Made by a program: the position numbers and the translations under genes. Below, one piece after another: positions 38,206 to 52,886 of a DNA stretch of 64,000 bases; position 1 is the first letter of the stretch, and each line of letters begins with the position of its first letter. The notes under the pieces were generated by a model. That model saw only the letters and a program-made list of their open reading frames with translations, did no database searches and was not told the origin of the DNA. The stretch comes from Octopus sinensis (Eukaryota): NCBI RefSeq assembly GCF_006345805.1, contig NC_043003.1, positions 103,044,001 to 103,108,000 of the forward strand. Direction: 5' to 3'.

Positions 38206-38572
38206 AATGCCTCTTGTGATTTAATACTGCTTTAATTGCGTGCACTGGATTTCTATTCAGCCCGGCGGCTGTCCGTAATGGCAGTGAGGTATTATTGCTC
38301 TTTTTTATATATAGGAGGGGACAGGTATCGTCTAGATGCGTAGCTGGCTGCGTGTACAGCTAGAAAGCATCTAACGTTCCCGCAAGCCGCTGCCAGGACG
38401 GCATTACGTGTTCCTATGATATATATTGTATTTTTAACACAGTACGTCCGTAAGAGATTTTATCTTGAACGGAACCTGCAGTATCTTGCCTGTCAATTGT
38501 GTATATACATTAAGCATGATACATAACTCGCTATTTAATTTTAATGCAACATCAATTGCATACTGTAGTGAT

Positions 38573-38611
<39 letters not shown>

Positions 38612-38659
38612 TATTACTACTACTAAGGCAGCGAGCTGGCAGAATCGTTAGCTCACCGG

Positions 38660-38822
38660 TGTCTTGTAGTGCTATTTTCTGCATGTTATATATACTTGTT
38701 AGTGTTTTTGTTACGTATTAGCCTGAATATTTCTTATCATACCTAGTGCGCCTTTTATGACAGGAATTGTTTCTGTTTTTAGACTCCACAGTTAACTCTA
38801 TTTCTAGGTCTTTGTAGTTTGA
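38660..38822 (-). mobile_element. Diverged 3' fragment of the Dong-like family
   Basis: Aligns by eye to 420-597 (aggaattgtttctgttttt..ctctatttc.aggtctttgta). Confidence 0.7.
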
Positions 38823-38989
38823 AATAAGAATCTTTCAAGGAGAGTTTTTATTCCTACTTTTGTACTCATATAAAAATGAAGAGCATCGATATCACTTTTA
38901 GGCAAAGAGATATTAATATAAAGCGGTCTTTTACTTAAAAGAATAAGAATCTTTCAAGGAGAGTTTTTATTCCTACTTTGACTCTATTA

Positions 38990-40050
38990 ATGTATCTTTT
39001 GAATGAAGCCATTGGCTATAAATACAGATGTCTCTTTGTAAACTATGGATGGTTTAAAACTATTCACAAAGAACAACTTCGGTACAGCGACATCGGTACA
39101 GAGTTGAATATATGCGCAGCTTATGCTACACTAAGGGTGACAAATTAATATTGATGACATTATGTTAGAAACAGATACTGAAAGCAATAAATTAGACCAC
39201 AAACCGCATAGAATAATTAAGAGTGGATTAAAAGGATAAGATACTGAACGTAGAAATGGAAAAGAAAACCATGAAAGATTCTTGTAAAAAATGTCACGTT
39301 AACATTAAGAAAATAAACCCAGAAGAGTTAAGGGTGTAACTATAGATCCTAGCTATGAAGTATAGTGTAAATAATATAAAGGGGATCTTCAAACTATACT
39401 ATAATAAAAAGATGGAGAGAGAAAGCTGGGAATCAATGCTTAGCCACAAACAATTACAAAAGTAAAACAATAGTACAAAAAGCAAACATCATTTACAGGC
39501 TGTGCAAATAAACAGTTGATTCCAAACATTCTGGATTCCCAAACCTCGTAAAGAGGGAATATGTCGACGATTATGACTGGAGTTTGCATTTATATTCACT
39601 AGGTAACTTGCCAATACTTCGACCCGAAAACTAAAGCAAAATGGTATAATTGTGAACCAGTTTCAGCGTATAACAGGGAACTGGCTACGATAATCTGGGA
39701 GAAGGATTCCAAACTAGCGAACAGATTGTTGCAAATCGGCCAAATATCAATAAAAGCACATTGAAATTCTATGTAATTTGATAGACACTTGGATGAATTT
39801 TGATCGTAACATTGCAGGAAAATATGTCAAACAGAAATTTTTTGAAACGAAAATAAGTAGAATGTTATGTATGAGAGAGAAACCTGTATCAATAGTAATA
39901 GGCACTCTCGGTATGATAATGAAGAACATGGACAAAAACATAAAACCCATTTTATTGCTTACGTCTTTGGATACAGTTCAAAGAATAGCTTTGCTATGCA
40001 GAATACTGCCTTACACAAAGTATTTCAAACACAATAAAGCAACTAAGAAA
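38990..40050 (+). mobile_element. Old decayed Dong-like LINE
   Basis: ORF 39778-40080 PVSIVIGTLGMIMKNMDKNI..VQRIALL matches the C-terminus of 384-608. Confidence 0.6.
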
Positions 40051-40546
40051 CTTTTGCATAGTTATTTCCCAATACTTTAAACTGAACGCACACAACAAAC
40101 ATGAAACACAATCACTATCCAACAAAATAAAACAGTTAGTTTAGTGCTACCATGTTTACTAAACGTGTTAAACCAGACTGAATACTGATGTGTTGTGGGA
40201 GGACAATCAACAATTGTACGTTGCAGGTGATAAGTAACTAGAAATACTGCTACAGAGAATACACGTATTTACTAGACGGATGTGTGTTGGATTTGGATTA
40301 GAAAAAATGTGCGAAGATAACCTTGAAGAAACGGAAGTAATTTTAGAGCACTTATTTAAGACGTGTAAGAGGATCAGTCTAAACACAAACACGGAAATAA
40401 ATAGAATACAATGAACTGACAGAATAAAACACATGCAAATGAAGGAAAAGGCTATGAAATAATATTATAAATGTGTTAGATTTATTCTTAGAATAGAGAC
40501 AAGTATGAAAAACAAAGTAATAGGTATCAACACCTAATAAGTTAGG

Positions 40547-41781
40547 TTAGAAATAATATATTTCTAAATCTCTCAGAGAGATTTATACAGTAGCAGCACG
40601 ATGAAGTGATAGCATGTTGTCAACTTAATATGACAGTCACACAAACATGAAGTGTCCCCAGAAACAAGAGGTGGAACAGGAGGTAGAACGGGAGCAGCAG
40701 GAGGAGAAGGTAGAGCAAGGTATGGTGGGGAAAGGCCAGGTAAAGGAAATAATGCAAGCAGTAGAAGCGAAAGACCCAGTCGGAAAGAGAAAGAAAAGAA
40801 GGCGGAAAATACATTATCGCCTCCAAAAAGCCCGCAGAAAAAGAGAAAAGGTAATTTGGAGGAGATGCAGATAGATGGCACAGAAATAACAAAAAAGAAA
40901 ATTGCAGAAGAGAGAAAAAAATGAAAACGAAAATATGCAGAAAGGAGCAGCGAGGAGCGGCAGTAAGATGGACACCCAAGTACCAGGAACATGGGGAGAG
41001 AGTGGAGATGAAAAGTGGGAAGAAGTGGCGAAAAGAAGAAATGTGAGGAGGATGGTGGAATACAAGAAGAGTATAGAGATAGAGAGGAGGATTACTAAGA
41101 TGAAAATGTTACAAGAGTTAAGATAACGGGAAGTGAATATACATAGGATGACAGAGCGGTTTTGCTGGAGAGTGACAGAGCGGATAAATTGGAAAAGCTG
41201 TTTGGTGAGCGGATTGAATTGACAAACCTGTGGTTTCGATGTGACGATCTGCCACCAGTGGTGCCATCTGAAGGCATTGTGCAATACTTTGTAGATGAAT
41301 ATAATAGTAAGTAAAACTGCAAAATTTAAATGTGCTTAAAAACAAAAAGAACCATAAACTGTTACACGAACATGAATTGCATAAACAGTTAAATGACACG
41401 GTTTGCGTATGGGGTGCAAACAAAACATTTCATTTTTCTCATTATATCACTATATTCATATTCATTCGATTTTCGTTTTATGTACCCCACTGTATAGTGT
41501 TGTCTGTCTTTGTTCGTCCCTTCTTTCTAAGAGCTTTATGCTTATAATAAAGAAAAAGCTAGCAAGCCATGTTACTCCAGACTGATGATGAGCAATGACT
41601 CCGAAACTAGTCTCTGGGCGCGGGTTTTGCTGGGTGGAGGTGATTGTCTCCCCTTTGAAAACATAAGGACACAGGAAATATGTCAAGTCCAACAGGAAAC
41701 GGTGTTTCTTAGGGCTAAATAACAGTAGCATTCTTCCCTTTTATGGGGCTGTCACATTAAGTTGACAACATGCTATCACTT
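40547..41781 (+). mobile_element. Non-autonomous HHR-bearing element with a 12-bp TSD and 33-bp inverted repeats (PLE-derived?)
   Basis: taataagttagg at 40535-40546 and 41782-41793. Inverted repeat 40604-40636 / 41749-41781 with 1 mismatch. HHR at 41577-41617. Confidence 0.8.
41577..41617 (+). ncRNA. Minimal type I hammerhead ribozyme, intact core, GUC site
   Basis: ccaga-CTGATGA-t gag caatga ctc c-GAAA-ctag-TC-tctgg. Confidence 0.85.
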
Positions 41782-42406
41782 TAATAAGTTAGGATTATAA
41801 TATTTTACAATGGGCGTTGCATAAATCGGCAAAACGAGGCAGAAATATACAAGAGAAACAACTATAAAACTGTCTAGTAACGAATAATTAGAAAATTAAT
41901 TTAAATAGGAACAAAATCTGGAAAAACCATTACGAGATAAAAGTTTATGACTAGAGCTGTGAGAATAATTTTTTTATAATTGAAACCGTTATAATTTAAA
42001 TTTAAAATAGAAATACAGAATGCCATAATACAATTATGGCAAGAAAAGCTCCGAAAGAGCCAATACTCGGCAAAAAACTAACAAAAACGGCGCTGAGAAG
42101 AATCAGCACATTAACTGGGAAGCGATTCTCAAAGAAGGTAGACAAGGAAAGAGTCATAATTGCACAGGATCAAAGGCTTCTGACTAAAAACCACCAAAGA
42201 CATGTAAGGAAACAAACTACATGAACTGCAGAATATGTGGAAATGAGAAACAGTAGTCCACATTGTCTCTGGTTCCCCAGTTTCAACCAAGAAGAACACA
42301 CCTACAACATGATAAGGTTGAGGGCTTGCGTACACCGGACGTAATATCAGAGTTACGAAATAACAAAATACGAACGGAGAGGCAGAATACACACATACAC
42401 ACGCAC

Positions 42407-42493
<87 letters not shown>

Positions 42494-42504
42494 ATATATA
42501 TATA

Positions 42505-42535
<31 letters not shown>

Positions 42536-43107
42536 CCAGAAAAAGTCACAGAGAATGACAATAGGAACATTCTCTGGTATATTCCAATATTCATAGAGAG
42601 AGGAAATAAGGTAACTCTACTAGCTATCGTTGTGCCTCCTAACTGGAGATGATAATATATCTCTTATCGGAATGGATAAAATTTTCTAATATAATAATCT
42701 AAAAATAGGGATAATCGATATGAAGTGGCTGCAAACAAAGGAATCCCGTTATAATCGATGTCTTTGAAAATGATCTAAAAACGTGCAAACACATAAGCAA
42801 ACCCAAAGGACTTGAAAATATACACAACGTATGGACCCTGAATACATATTTTGTCCCTATACAATACTTAAGTTATAAAAAAGGCCAAAACAAACGTTAT
42901 TACATGCGTTCGGTAGAGCAGATAAAACACGCAATAACTGAAACAATGCTGACAACAACAATAATAGTAATTCTTTCAATTATAGACACAAAGAGAATAA
43001 TAATTCTTTCTTCGATAGGCACAATGCCTAGAATTGTGGGGTGAGGGGGGGAGTTAGTCTCGATTACGTCGACCCCTGCAGTGCTAACGATTCTGCCAGC
43101 TCGCCAC

Positions 43108-43153
<46 letters not shown>

Positions 43154-43167
43154 TAATAATAATAATG

Positions 43168-43206
<39 letters not shown>

Positions 43207-43347
43207 TAATAATAATAATATAATATAATAATAATAATAATGATGATAATAATAACAACAACAACAACAACAACAATAATAATAATAATAATAATAATAG
43301 TAATAATAATAATAATGATGATGATGATGATGATGATGATGACGATG

Positions 43348-43397
<50 letters not shown>

Positions 43398-43415
43398 TAT
43401 AATAATAATAGTAAT

Positions 43416-43730
43416 AACTCTCAAAATACAAAGACCTGGAAATAGAGGTAACTAGAATGTGGAATCTGAAAACAGAAACAATTCCTATCATAGTAGGTGC
43501 ATTAGGCATGATAAAAAAATATTCAGACAAATACATAACAAAAACACCAGGACTTACAAACACATATAACATACAGAAAATTGCACTACTAGGCACTGCA
43601 CACATCCTACGCAGAACACTTTCCATACAATAACCATCAGAGCATCACAACAAATCACAGCACATACCCAAGGCACACAGAGCTGTGCTCGGTAGTGAAG
43701 TGAAAGCACGCTATAAAAATAAAACTACTG
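43416..43730 (+). mobile_element. Short, young 3' copy of the Dong-like LINE in a (TAA)n tract
   Basis: Nearly identical to the reverse complement of 287-601. Preceded by ~300 bp of (AAT)n and followed by aataatgata. Confidence 0.9.
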
Positions 43731-43929
43731 AATAATGATAGTAATAATAGTAATGGTTTCTTTTTTAGCCACAAGGCTCTATTATATACTACGTATATAA
43801 TGTTGAAGTGTGTTAAACATTAAAAAAAAATTATATTCATAAAGTTCAATGAGCTCTTTCAAACGTTCGTGGTAATCATCAAATTTCAAAATGTATTAAC
43901 TGACAGTTGACGACTGTAGTAAAATGACA

Positions 43930-44120
43930 GACTTCTTTTTTATACCTTTCAGAAAGTTCCGACAAGCCGAAGTTTTCGAATACGGTTTTGACCAATCAGC
44001 CTGCAGCTCAAACGTCGGACAGAATTTCACAAATAAAGATATGTACTGCAAAAGCAGAAATTTTATCTACTGCATTAAATGCCATAATTGTGAGGAACTA
44101 TATATTGGCAAGATATAAAG
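43930..44120 (+). mobile_element. Neptune-type GIY-YIG fragment
   Basis: DMYCKSRNFIYCIKCHNCEELYIG. Confidence 0.65.
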
Positions 44121-44259
44121 AGTTGAAACGCTGTTTGATTTATTCTTTCAGCGTACAATTTTCACCAACTTTGACATCACCCCTTCCTTCCTTATTCATA
44201 AATTTAAAAGTATTATTATAGTAGAAAAAATGCAAAACCCAGCAACAGCAGCGGATCAT

Positions 44260-45882
<1,623 letters not shown>

Positions 45883-45883
45883 A

Positions 45884-45974
<91 letters not shown>

Positions 45975-46386
45975 CACCACAGGTGTAGAAGTACTTTCTC
46001 GTATCAATGTATGTGCGAATCGTGTGTGGTTTGTTTAGGTATGTGTGTGTGTATGTATATGTGAATATGTGTATGCGTGTGAGATGTCGCGCACAATATT
46101 CATTTTTTATTTTTATTTCGCCCTCTCTGTTTCTTTCTTTCTTATGTATTTGCTTATTGAATGACATAACAACCGAACGTCTGAATCTTTTGAATTATCC
46201 ACGTGACATTATTACAATTTCTTTTAGAACATTCCATAAGGAAATATATTTATTTATTTATTTATTTATCAACAGTTATATAAGCAGACAGATTTTCAAC
46301 CTGTAACTAGTCTAGTAAGTGCCAACGCACGAAACCCCCGGACCTTGAGTCACTCAGTTACTTCTGCTAAATATTAATAACACACA

Positions 46387-46465
<79 letters not shown>

Positions 46466-46699
46466 TCAAAATGTGACCGCGTGTGTACCGTTGGCGATTT
46501 TTTTACCTCCGTCTTTCCTTCCTTTTCCTCCTTCTTCCCTTCCTTCCTGAGCGTCCAATAACACTATACTTGTTCCACGTCCTCGCGTTGTTGTGTTTTC
46601 TCTTTGCGTTTTCATGTTTGGATTAACTATATATATATATATACCTATGTATGTCTGTGTGTGAATATATGCATACATACACACATACACACACATACA

Positions 46700-46733
<34 letters not shown>

Positions 46734-46824
46734 CATACATACATACATACATACATACATACATACATACATACATACATACATACATACAACATTACAT
46801 TCATACATACATACATATATACAA

Positions 46825-47155
46825 GATCTGAGAGTTTCGTACGTTGCCACTTATCAGACTAGTTGCTAGCCTCAAATCTCATCTGTGAACGCATGGAAAA
46901 CGAACCTCCACCAAATATTCTGCCTGTATGTTTGTGCACACCTTTGAATGCAGTGTATGCCAAAAGGTTTGCAAATCCAACGGAGGCTTCAAAAGACATT
47001 TTAAGATCCACAAAACAAAGAGCAGAACTTATCTGCAGCTCTTGGTGGTCCAAATCAGAGGTGCAATCTATGTGGCTACATCAGATGCCATGATGGTGCT
47101 AAGGTGTAGGTACAGGAGGTGGTCAAACTCTGCATAAGGAGTAGACAACCACCAT
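46825..47155 (+). mobile_element. 3' end of an RTE-like LINE with a C2H2 finger
   Basis: FECSVCQKVCKSNGGFKRHFKIH in an isolated fragment within (TACA)n/(TATG)n repeats. Confidence 0.5.
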
Positions 47156-47481
47156 GTATGCATGTGTCTATCTTTGCATGTATGATGAGATGGACGTGTC
47201 TCATGTCCAAGAAACGGAAAGTAGAACTGAGTTAAACTATCATTAACATTTAACTCAAACTAAATGAGATGAGTCCTACTTTCATTCGTGTGTCCATTAG
47301 TGTGTGTATGTGTATGTATGTATGTACGTGTGTGTGTGTGTGTGTGTGTGCTATATATATATATATATATAATGCTTATTTAGATACTATATGTATAATT
47401 CATAAAATTATTTTGCATATAATATATTGCAAGTAGGAATATGTACTTACATATACGTACATCTACCTATACCTACCTATA

Positions 47482-47553
<72 letters not shown>

Positions 47554-47710
47554 TATATATATATATATATAATATATACGTATGTGTGTGTGTGTGTGTA
47601 TCATTTTATCTCTTTCTCTCTCTTTCTCTATTTCCAATTTACTTTCACTTCAGTATGAAGTCTATGTCTAGCATACGAACGGTGAAATATCTCATTGATT
47701 TCCGACAGAT

Positions 47711-48014
47711 AATGGTGGTGGTGGTGGTGGTGGTGTGGTTGTGGTGTGGTGGTGTGGTGGTGGTGGTGGTGGTTGTGGTGGTGGTGGTGGTGGTGGTGGT
47801 GGTGTTGGTGTTGGTGGTGGTGGTGGTGGTGGTGGTGGTGGTGGTGGTGATGGTGGTGGTGATGGTGGTGGTGGTGGTTGTGGTGTTGGTGGTGGCTATG
47901 GTAGAGGTGGTGTGATAGAGGAGGAGCGCTGTTCGTTACGTGTGAACAAGAAGAGATGGTCTCCTATTATAATATCAGTACTAGTGTCTCTACTGAAGAT
48001 ATGTAAGAAGACTG

Positions 48015-48084
<70 letters not shown>

Positions 48085-48088
48085 CAAC

Positions 48089-48126
<38 letters not shown>

Positions 48127-48178
48127 TAATAATAATAATAATAACAACAACAGTAATAATAATAATAATAATAATAAC

Positions 48179-48213
<35 letters not shown>

Positions 48214-48221
48214 CAACAACA

Positions 48222-48267
<46 letters not shown>

Positions 48268-48294
48268 TAATAATAATAATAATAACAACAACAG

Positions 48295-48325
<31 letters not shown>

Positions 48326-48370
48326 AACAGTAATAATAATCATAGTAATAGTAAAGGTAATAATAATATG
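47711..48370. repeat. (GGT)n and (AAT)n microsatellites
   Basis: Directly visible. Confidence 0.95.
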
Positions 48371-48563
48371 CAGCCTTTTATAAGAATATCACGAACAACC
48401 CTTATGCCATAACAGAAATAGTTGAACATTTTCTAAAGATATTTGTGTGCCTCTGTGTGCGCATGTGTATGTGTATGTGTGTGTGCACATCTGCATATAT
48501 TTGTGTGTATATTTGTATATATATACATAAGTGTGTATGTATGTGTGTGTGTGCGTTTTCAAT

Positions 48564-48597
<34 letters not shown>

Positions 48598-48629
48598 ATA
48601 TATATATATGCATATATATATATATATGC

Positions 48630-48662
<33 letters not shown>

Positions 48663-49339
48663 ATATATATATAATATATATATATATATGCATATATATA
48701 TATGAGATGACGTTAAATTTCAATATCTTTGAATTTTCCCGCAAAATGGCGAAAAAGTGAATAGAATTCATTAAAGAAATTGTTTAATTAATTCATTTGT
48801 TGAAACACATTTCACCTTACTTTATTGAATATAACATCAAGAAAATTACTCTCTAATATATTTTGTTGTTGTTGTTGTTGTTAATGCTGCTGTTTAGCCC
48901 TGGGTCAAACATGAGGAAGTAGATTAATGATCAAAGGTGTTTCACGTATTTTTGAACGTCACCCCTTTTTGTACTTCTGAAACTCCTTTAAATGCAAAGG
49001 GGTTCTTACTCTTCTAATTAAGTCTAATTCTTGCTATTTTTCTCGAGGTAAAGTTTGATTTCAGTGGAGATATGTTGGTAGTTCATTTTACGTGGGCATG
49101 TACATGTTCTCTCGTTGGCTCTTTCTGGTGAATTTATCAGAAAACACTGGTGACAAAGACCGCTGTCTCGATTTCAGATCGAAGCTTCTTTACGTCACTT
49201 AAACCTGTTAAGTTTATTGACAAAATAATGTCATAACTTCCTATCGGTGTCTCTAATAAAGTAGTGTCAGACTTAACAGAGTCTTATTTTTGGATGTTCA
49301 CACATTCTTATATTTAGATACACAGATGCAGCGTATATT

Positions 49340-49650
49340 GCAGGTCCGGTTATGTAGTTAAGAAGTCATCTTTGCAACCATGTGATTTCGGGTTCGGTCA
49401 CACTGGATGGCATATTGGATCAGTGTCTTCAACTATATCCCCGGACTGGCCAATACCTGTGAGTATAGACAGAAACTCAATGCAATCCCGCTGAATGTGT
49501 GCGTGTGAGAGAGAGAGAGAGAGAGAGAGAGTCCGCCTGACAATCAGCATTGCAATTTTTTTACGTTCCCTAACTTAAAAGTACGTCACCCTAATAAAAC
49601 AGTTCGCTAAAATAAGCACTAGACTTAAGAATAAGTACCGGGATCGATTC
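49340..49650 (+). mobile_element. SINE family A, old diverged copy
   Basis: Similar to 31933-32338. Confidence 0.6.
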
Positions 49651-50139
49651 ATTCGATATGCATGTTCATACATGCATATAGATTCACATAAAAAGAGCGC
49701 ATATATTTGTATGTTAATATATATACACAGATACGCAAAGACAAAGCACAAAAGCATTCACACGCATAAGGATAAAGATAAAAGCACTTCGACGCATCCG
49801 CTGTTAGCTTTCTCTACAAGACTGCGATCTGCAGCGGGGAAGTAAATAATGTTCATTGAAGCCAGAGTAACGCAACAAATGACGCATATGAAGCTGGTGT
49901 TCTTTAGAATAGCAGTTAATTACTATTATGGTTACTCAGAATTGTTATTCGATACAATAGTTTCAATGTCCTTTCTTCTTCGTGGAAGGGTAGGTGGGGA
50001 TAAAATAATGTACCAAAGCGATCTTTTCACTAAATTTGAGACCTTGGGGCTTTACAAGAAGTAGACCATTCTTTTAGAAAGTTCATCTTAGACAAATACA
50101 ATACAAAGATATAAATATGCGTGTGTGTGTGTCTAGCTA

Positions 50140-50171
<32 letters not shown>

Positions 50172-50173
<2 letters not shown>

Positions 50174-50372
50174 GGAGTAAACACATAGATGTGAAACAAG
50201 GTGGAAAAAAGAGTACTCAAATACCAGAGGTAGAGTAATATGCTTTATTTAAAAGCAGCAGAAATTCAACAAAACCTGTTACTCGGAGTTTTATTAACAA
50301 AACTGCCCGACGAACGGGAACGTGAAACTCCGAGTAACAGGTTTTGTTGAATTTCTGCTGCTTTTAAATAAA

Positions 50373-50373
<1 letters not shown>
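50172..50373. mobile_element. Solo inverted pLTR fragment of the PLE family seen at 21555, with an HHR at 50303-50340
   Basis: Perfect 49-bp inverted repeat 50243-50291 / 50325-50373. Near-identical to 21555-21635. (TA)n on both sides. Confidence 0.85.
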
Positions 50374-50408
<35 letters not shown>

Positions 50409-50811
50409 ATAGAGGTTATGAGAGGTGTCAATAAAAACCCTGCATATACGGGGTGATAATTCATACAGATATAGGTATATGCGTGTGTACATATACATAA
50501 GAGTACGTGTTGTATATGTAGGTGTTGATATGTATAAATATCTATATACATGTTTAATATATGCATGTATACATCTTCACATATATATTCTTCTACTACT
50601 AAGCACTGACCTGTCCTCTAACCAACCTGACCTATATTTCCAAATTCTTCATTCCACCATTTTACTACCCCTATCCCCTCTCTCTGCTCCTCACTCAGAC
50701 TCTATCACTACACATTTAATATCCCTACATATCTCATGTCTATTTTCATTCCTCCACTCTCTATTTCATATCTTATCTAGAATAACTATTGCATAACCAT
50801 TTTCTCACACC

Positions 50812-50859
50812 GTCTCCGATGAAGGTATATATAAAATATCTCGGAAACATCTGTAAGAC
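50812..50859 (+). ncRNA. Hammerhead-like motif (U4C core, imperfect stem III) at the end of a pyrimidine-rich PLE-like tail
   Basis: gtct-CCGATGA-aggtatat..atatctcg-GAAA-catctg-TA-agac. Confidence 0.6.
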
Positions 50860-50930
50860 CTTCTATCTATAAACGTTCTAAAATCTTTCACCTCCTTGGA
50901 TTTTTATCTCATTCTGAAAATTTATATATA

Positions 50931-50988
<58 letters not shown>

Positions 50989-51049
50989 TATATATATAAA
51001 ATAGAGAGATACAAATGACAATCCAATAATTATGAAATAACATTAACCA

Positions 51050-51275
51050 AGGCGGCGACCTGGCAGAGACGTTAGCAAACCGGGCAAAATGCTGAGCGGT
51101 ATTTCGTCTTCCGCTACGTTCTGAGTTCAAATTCCGCCGAGGTCGACTTTGCCTTTCATCCTTTCGGGGTCGATAAATTAAGTACCAGTACGCACTGGGG
51201 TCGATATAATCGACTTAATCCGTTTGTCTGTCCTTGTTTGTCCCCTCTGTGTTTAGTCCCTTGTGGGTAGTACAG

Positions 51276-51280
<5 letters not shown>
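51050..51280 (+). mobile_element. SINE family B
   Basis: Near-identical to 29657-29889 and 60893-61125. Confidence 0.9.
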
Positions 51281-51310
<30 letters not shown>

Positions 51311-52014
51311 ATATATATATATATATATATAACTACAAATTGTCCTTCATACTGCTAAGAGGGGAAAACATCTCTCTATGATTCATCCACTGATGCACCT
51401 GAGGAAATAAATCAATGATGATGATCGAACGGATGCCCACGGATAACACGGACTATACTGTAATAATCCGAAGGATACTAGCTCTGATTCTAAAATCATG
51501 TGATTTGTGGAAACGCGTAGCTATGTATTAAATATTTATAAATTCCATTCTAGAATCATTATTTTTATTATATTTATTCTACATTATATCGGTATAACCA
51601 TGATGCAACACCGAAAAAACTGACTTGCTAGTCCGTATCATTAGACGGTGGCCAGCATAATGAAGTGGGAGCTTTATTTAGATACCCCTAACGTTACCAT
51701 AAAGGAATTTAAAAGATATATATGTGTGTGTATGAATGTATTTATATTTGCATATTTATGTACATGTAAAACTGAATCAAATATCTTCCTGAATCATAGG
51801 TTCATAAGCGGATGTTCCGGATTCTAAGGCGTATATGTCCTCCGATGGATGGGACGCCGGTTCGTAGCAGGATGACTCAATGTAGCCAGCTGAGTGAACT
51901 GGAGCAAGATGAAATGGAGTGTTTTGCTCAAGAACACAAAACATTGCCCGGTCCCAGAGTTGATACCACAGTCTTGTGACCATCAGTGCCAAATATATAA
52001 TATCTATATATATA

Positions 52015-52071
<57 letters not shown>

Positions 52072-52077
52072 TATATA

Positions 52078-52852
52078 CAGGGTACGGTGAATATATTGTC
52101 GTCTAAATTACGCAAAAATCATTTTAACAGATATATTTACCAAAATTGCATAAAAATATCTTGAAATACTAAAGAATATCTTCATTCAATAAAATTGCCA
52201 TTGGCTTCAGCCACGGCCTCCAGACGACTTCGGAATCTCCTGCAACTCTTCCGGTCGGTCTCATTGTTTAAATTGGTAAATGCTGCCATAATCCTTGCCT
52301 TCAGTTCATTTGTTGGTCTCTCACTCAAATGCGCACCACAAATAATAATTGAGTTGCAGTCTGGATTCTCTTGCTTGTGTGGCATGGTGCAGTCCTGTTG
52401 CCAGACATAGGGCCTTCCAGCAGTCACTCTTGAACCAGGGCAGTACTGCCTCCTCCAGGCATTTGCTGTAGGCCTCCGTGTTGAGTCAGAGACCGTGTGG
52501 TGAGATGAATCGAGGTATAACGTCGCCATCACTAGTGATCATTCCAAACACCATGACGTTGACTGGATGTTTGATTTTTATCACTCTCGTTTACATGTTT
52601 TGGTGGCACGGCAAGCCAAAGGTTGTTTGGTGTCTTCACCACCTGTTTGACTGGAGCTTCCGACGCGAATGCCAAACAGAACAGCGGCTTGTTTCCAAAT
52701 TTCTGACAGAGGGAATTCTGTCATGGTGCAGTTTTTCTCATAAACGGTGTCCAACTGACCCTACTATACTGTGTAGTCGACAAAATCAAAAACAAACAAT
52801 GAGTATGCGCGAAATTAAAAATATAACATGGCGACAATTTACCCATCGCATA

Positions 52853-52855
<3 letters not shown>
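52078..52855 (-). mobile_element. Deleted Tc1/mariner-superfamily (DD37D/maT-like) transposon with TIRs in (TA)n
   Basis: Imperfect TIRs cagggtacggtgaatatattgtcg / cgacaatttacccatcgcatactg. GRPYVWQQD..NELKARIMAAF..KSCRRFRSRLEAVAEANGNFIE. Confidence 0.8.

Positions 52856-52886
<31 letters not shown>

Larger units (their letters stand above)
40200..42870 (+). mobile_element. Old decayed Dong-like LINE, interrupted by the insertion at 40547-41781
   Basis: KNKVIGINT lies upstream of the insertion. IIAQDQRLLTKNHQRHV, CRICGNEK..HIVSG and PEKVTEND..ILW lie downstream. Confidence 0.65.

Noticed and set aside
46928-47137. Host C2H2 zinc-finger gene exon
   Set aside because: A single isolated finger with no linker array or clear splice sites fits an RTE LINE C-terminus better.
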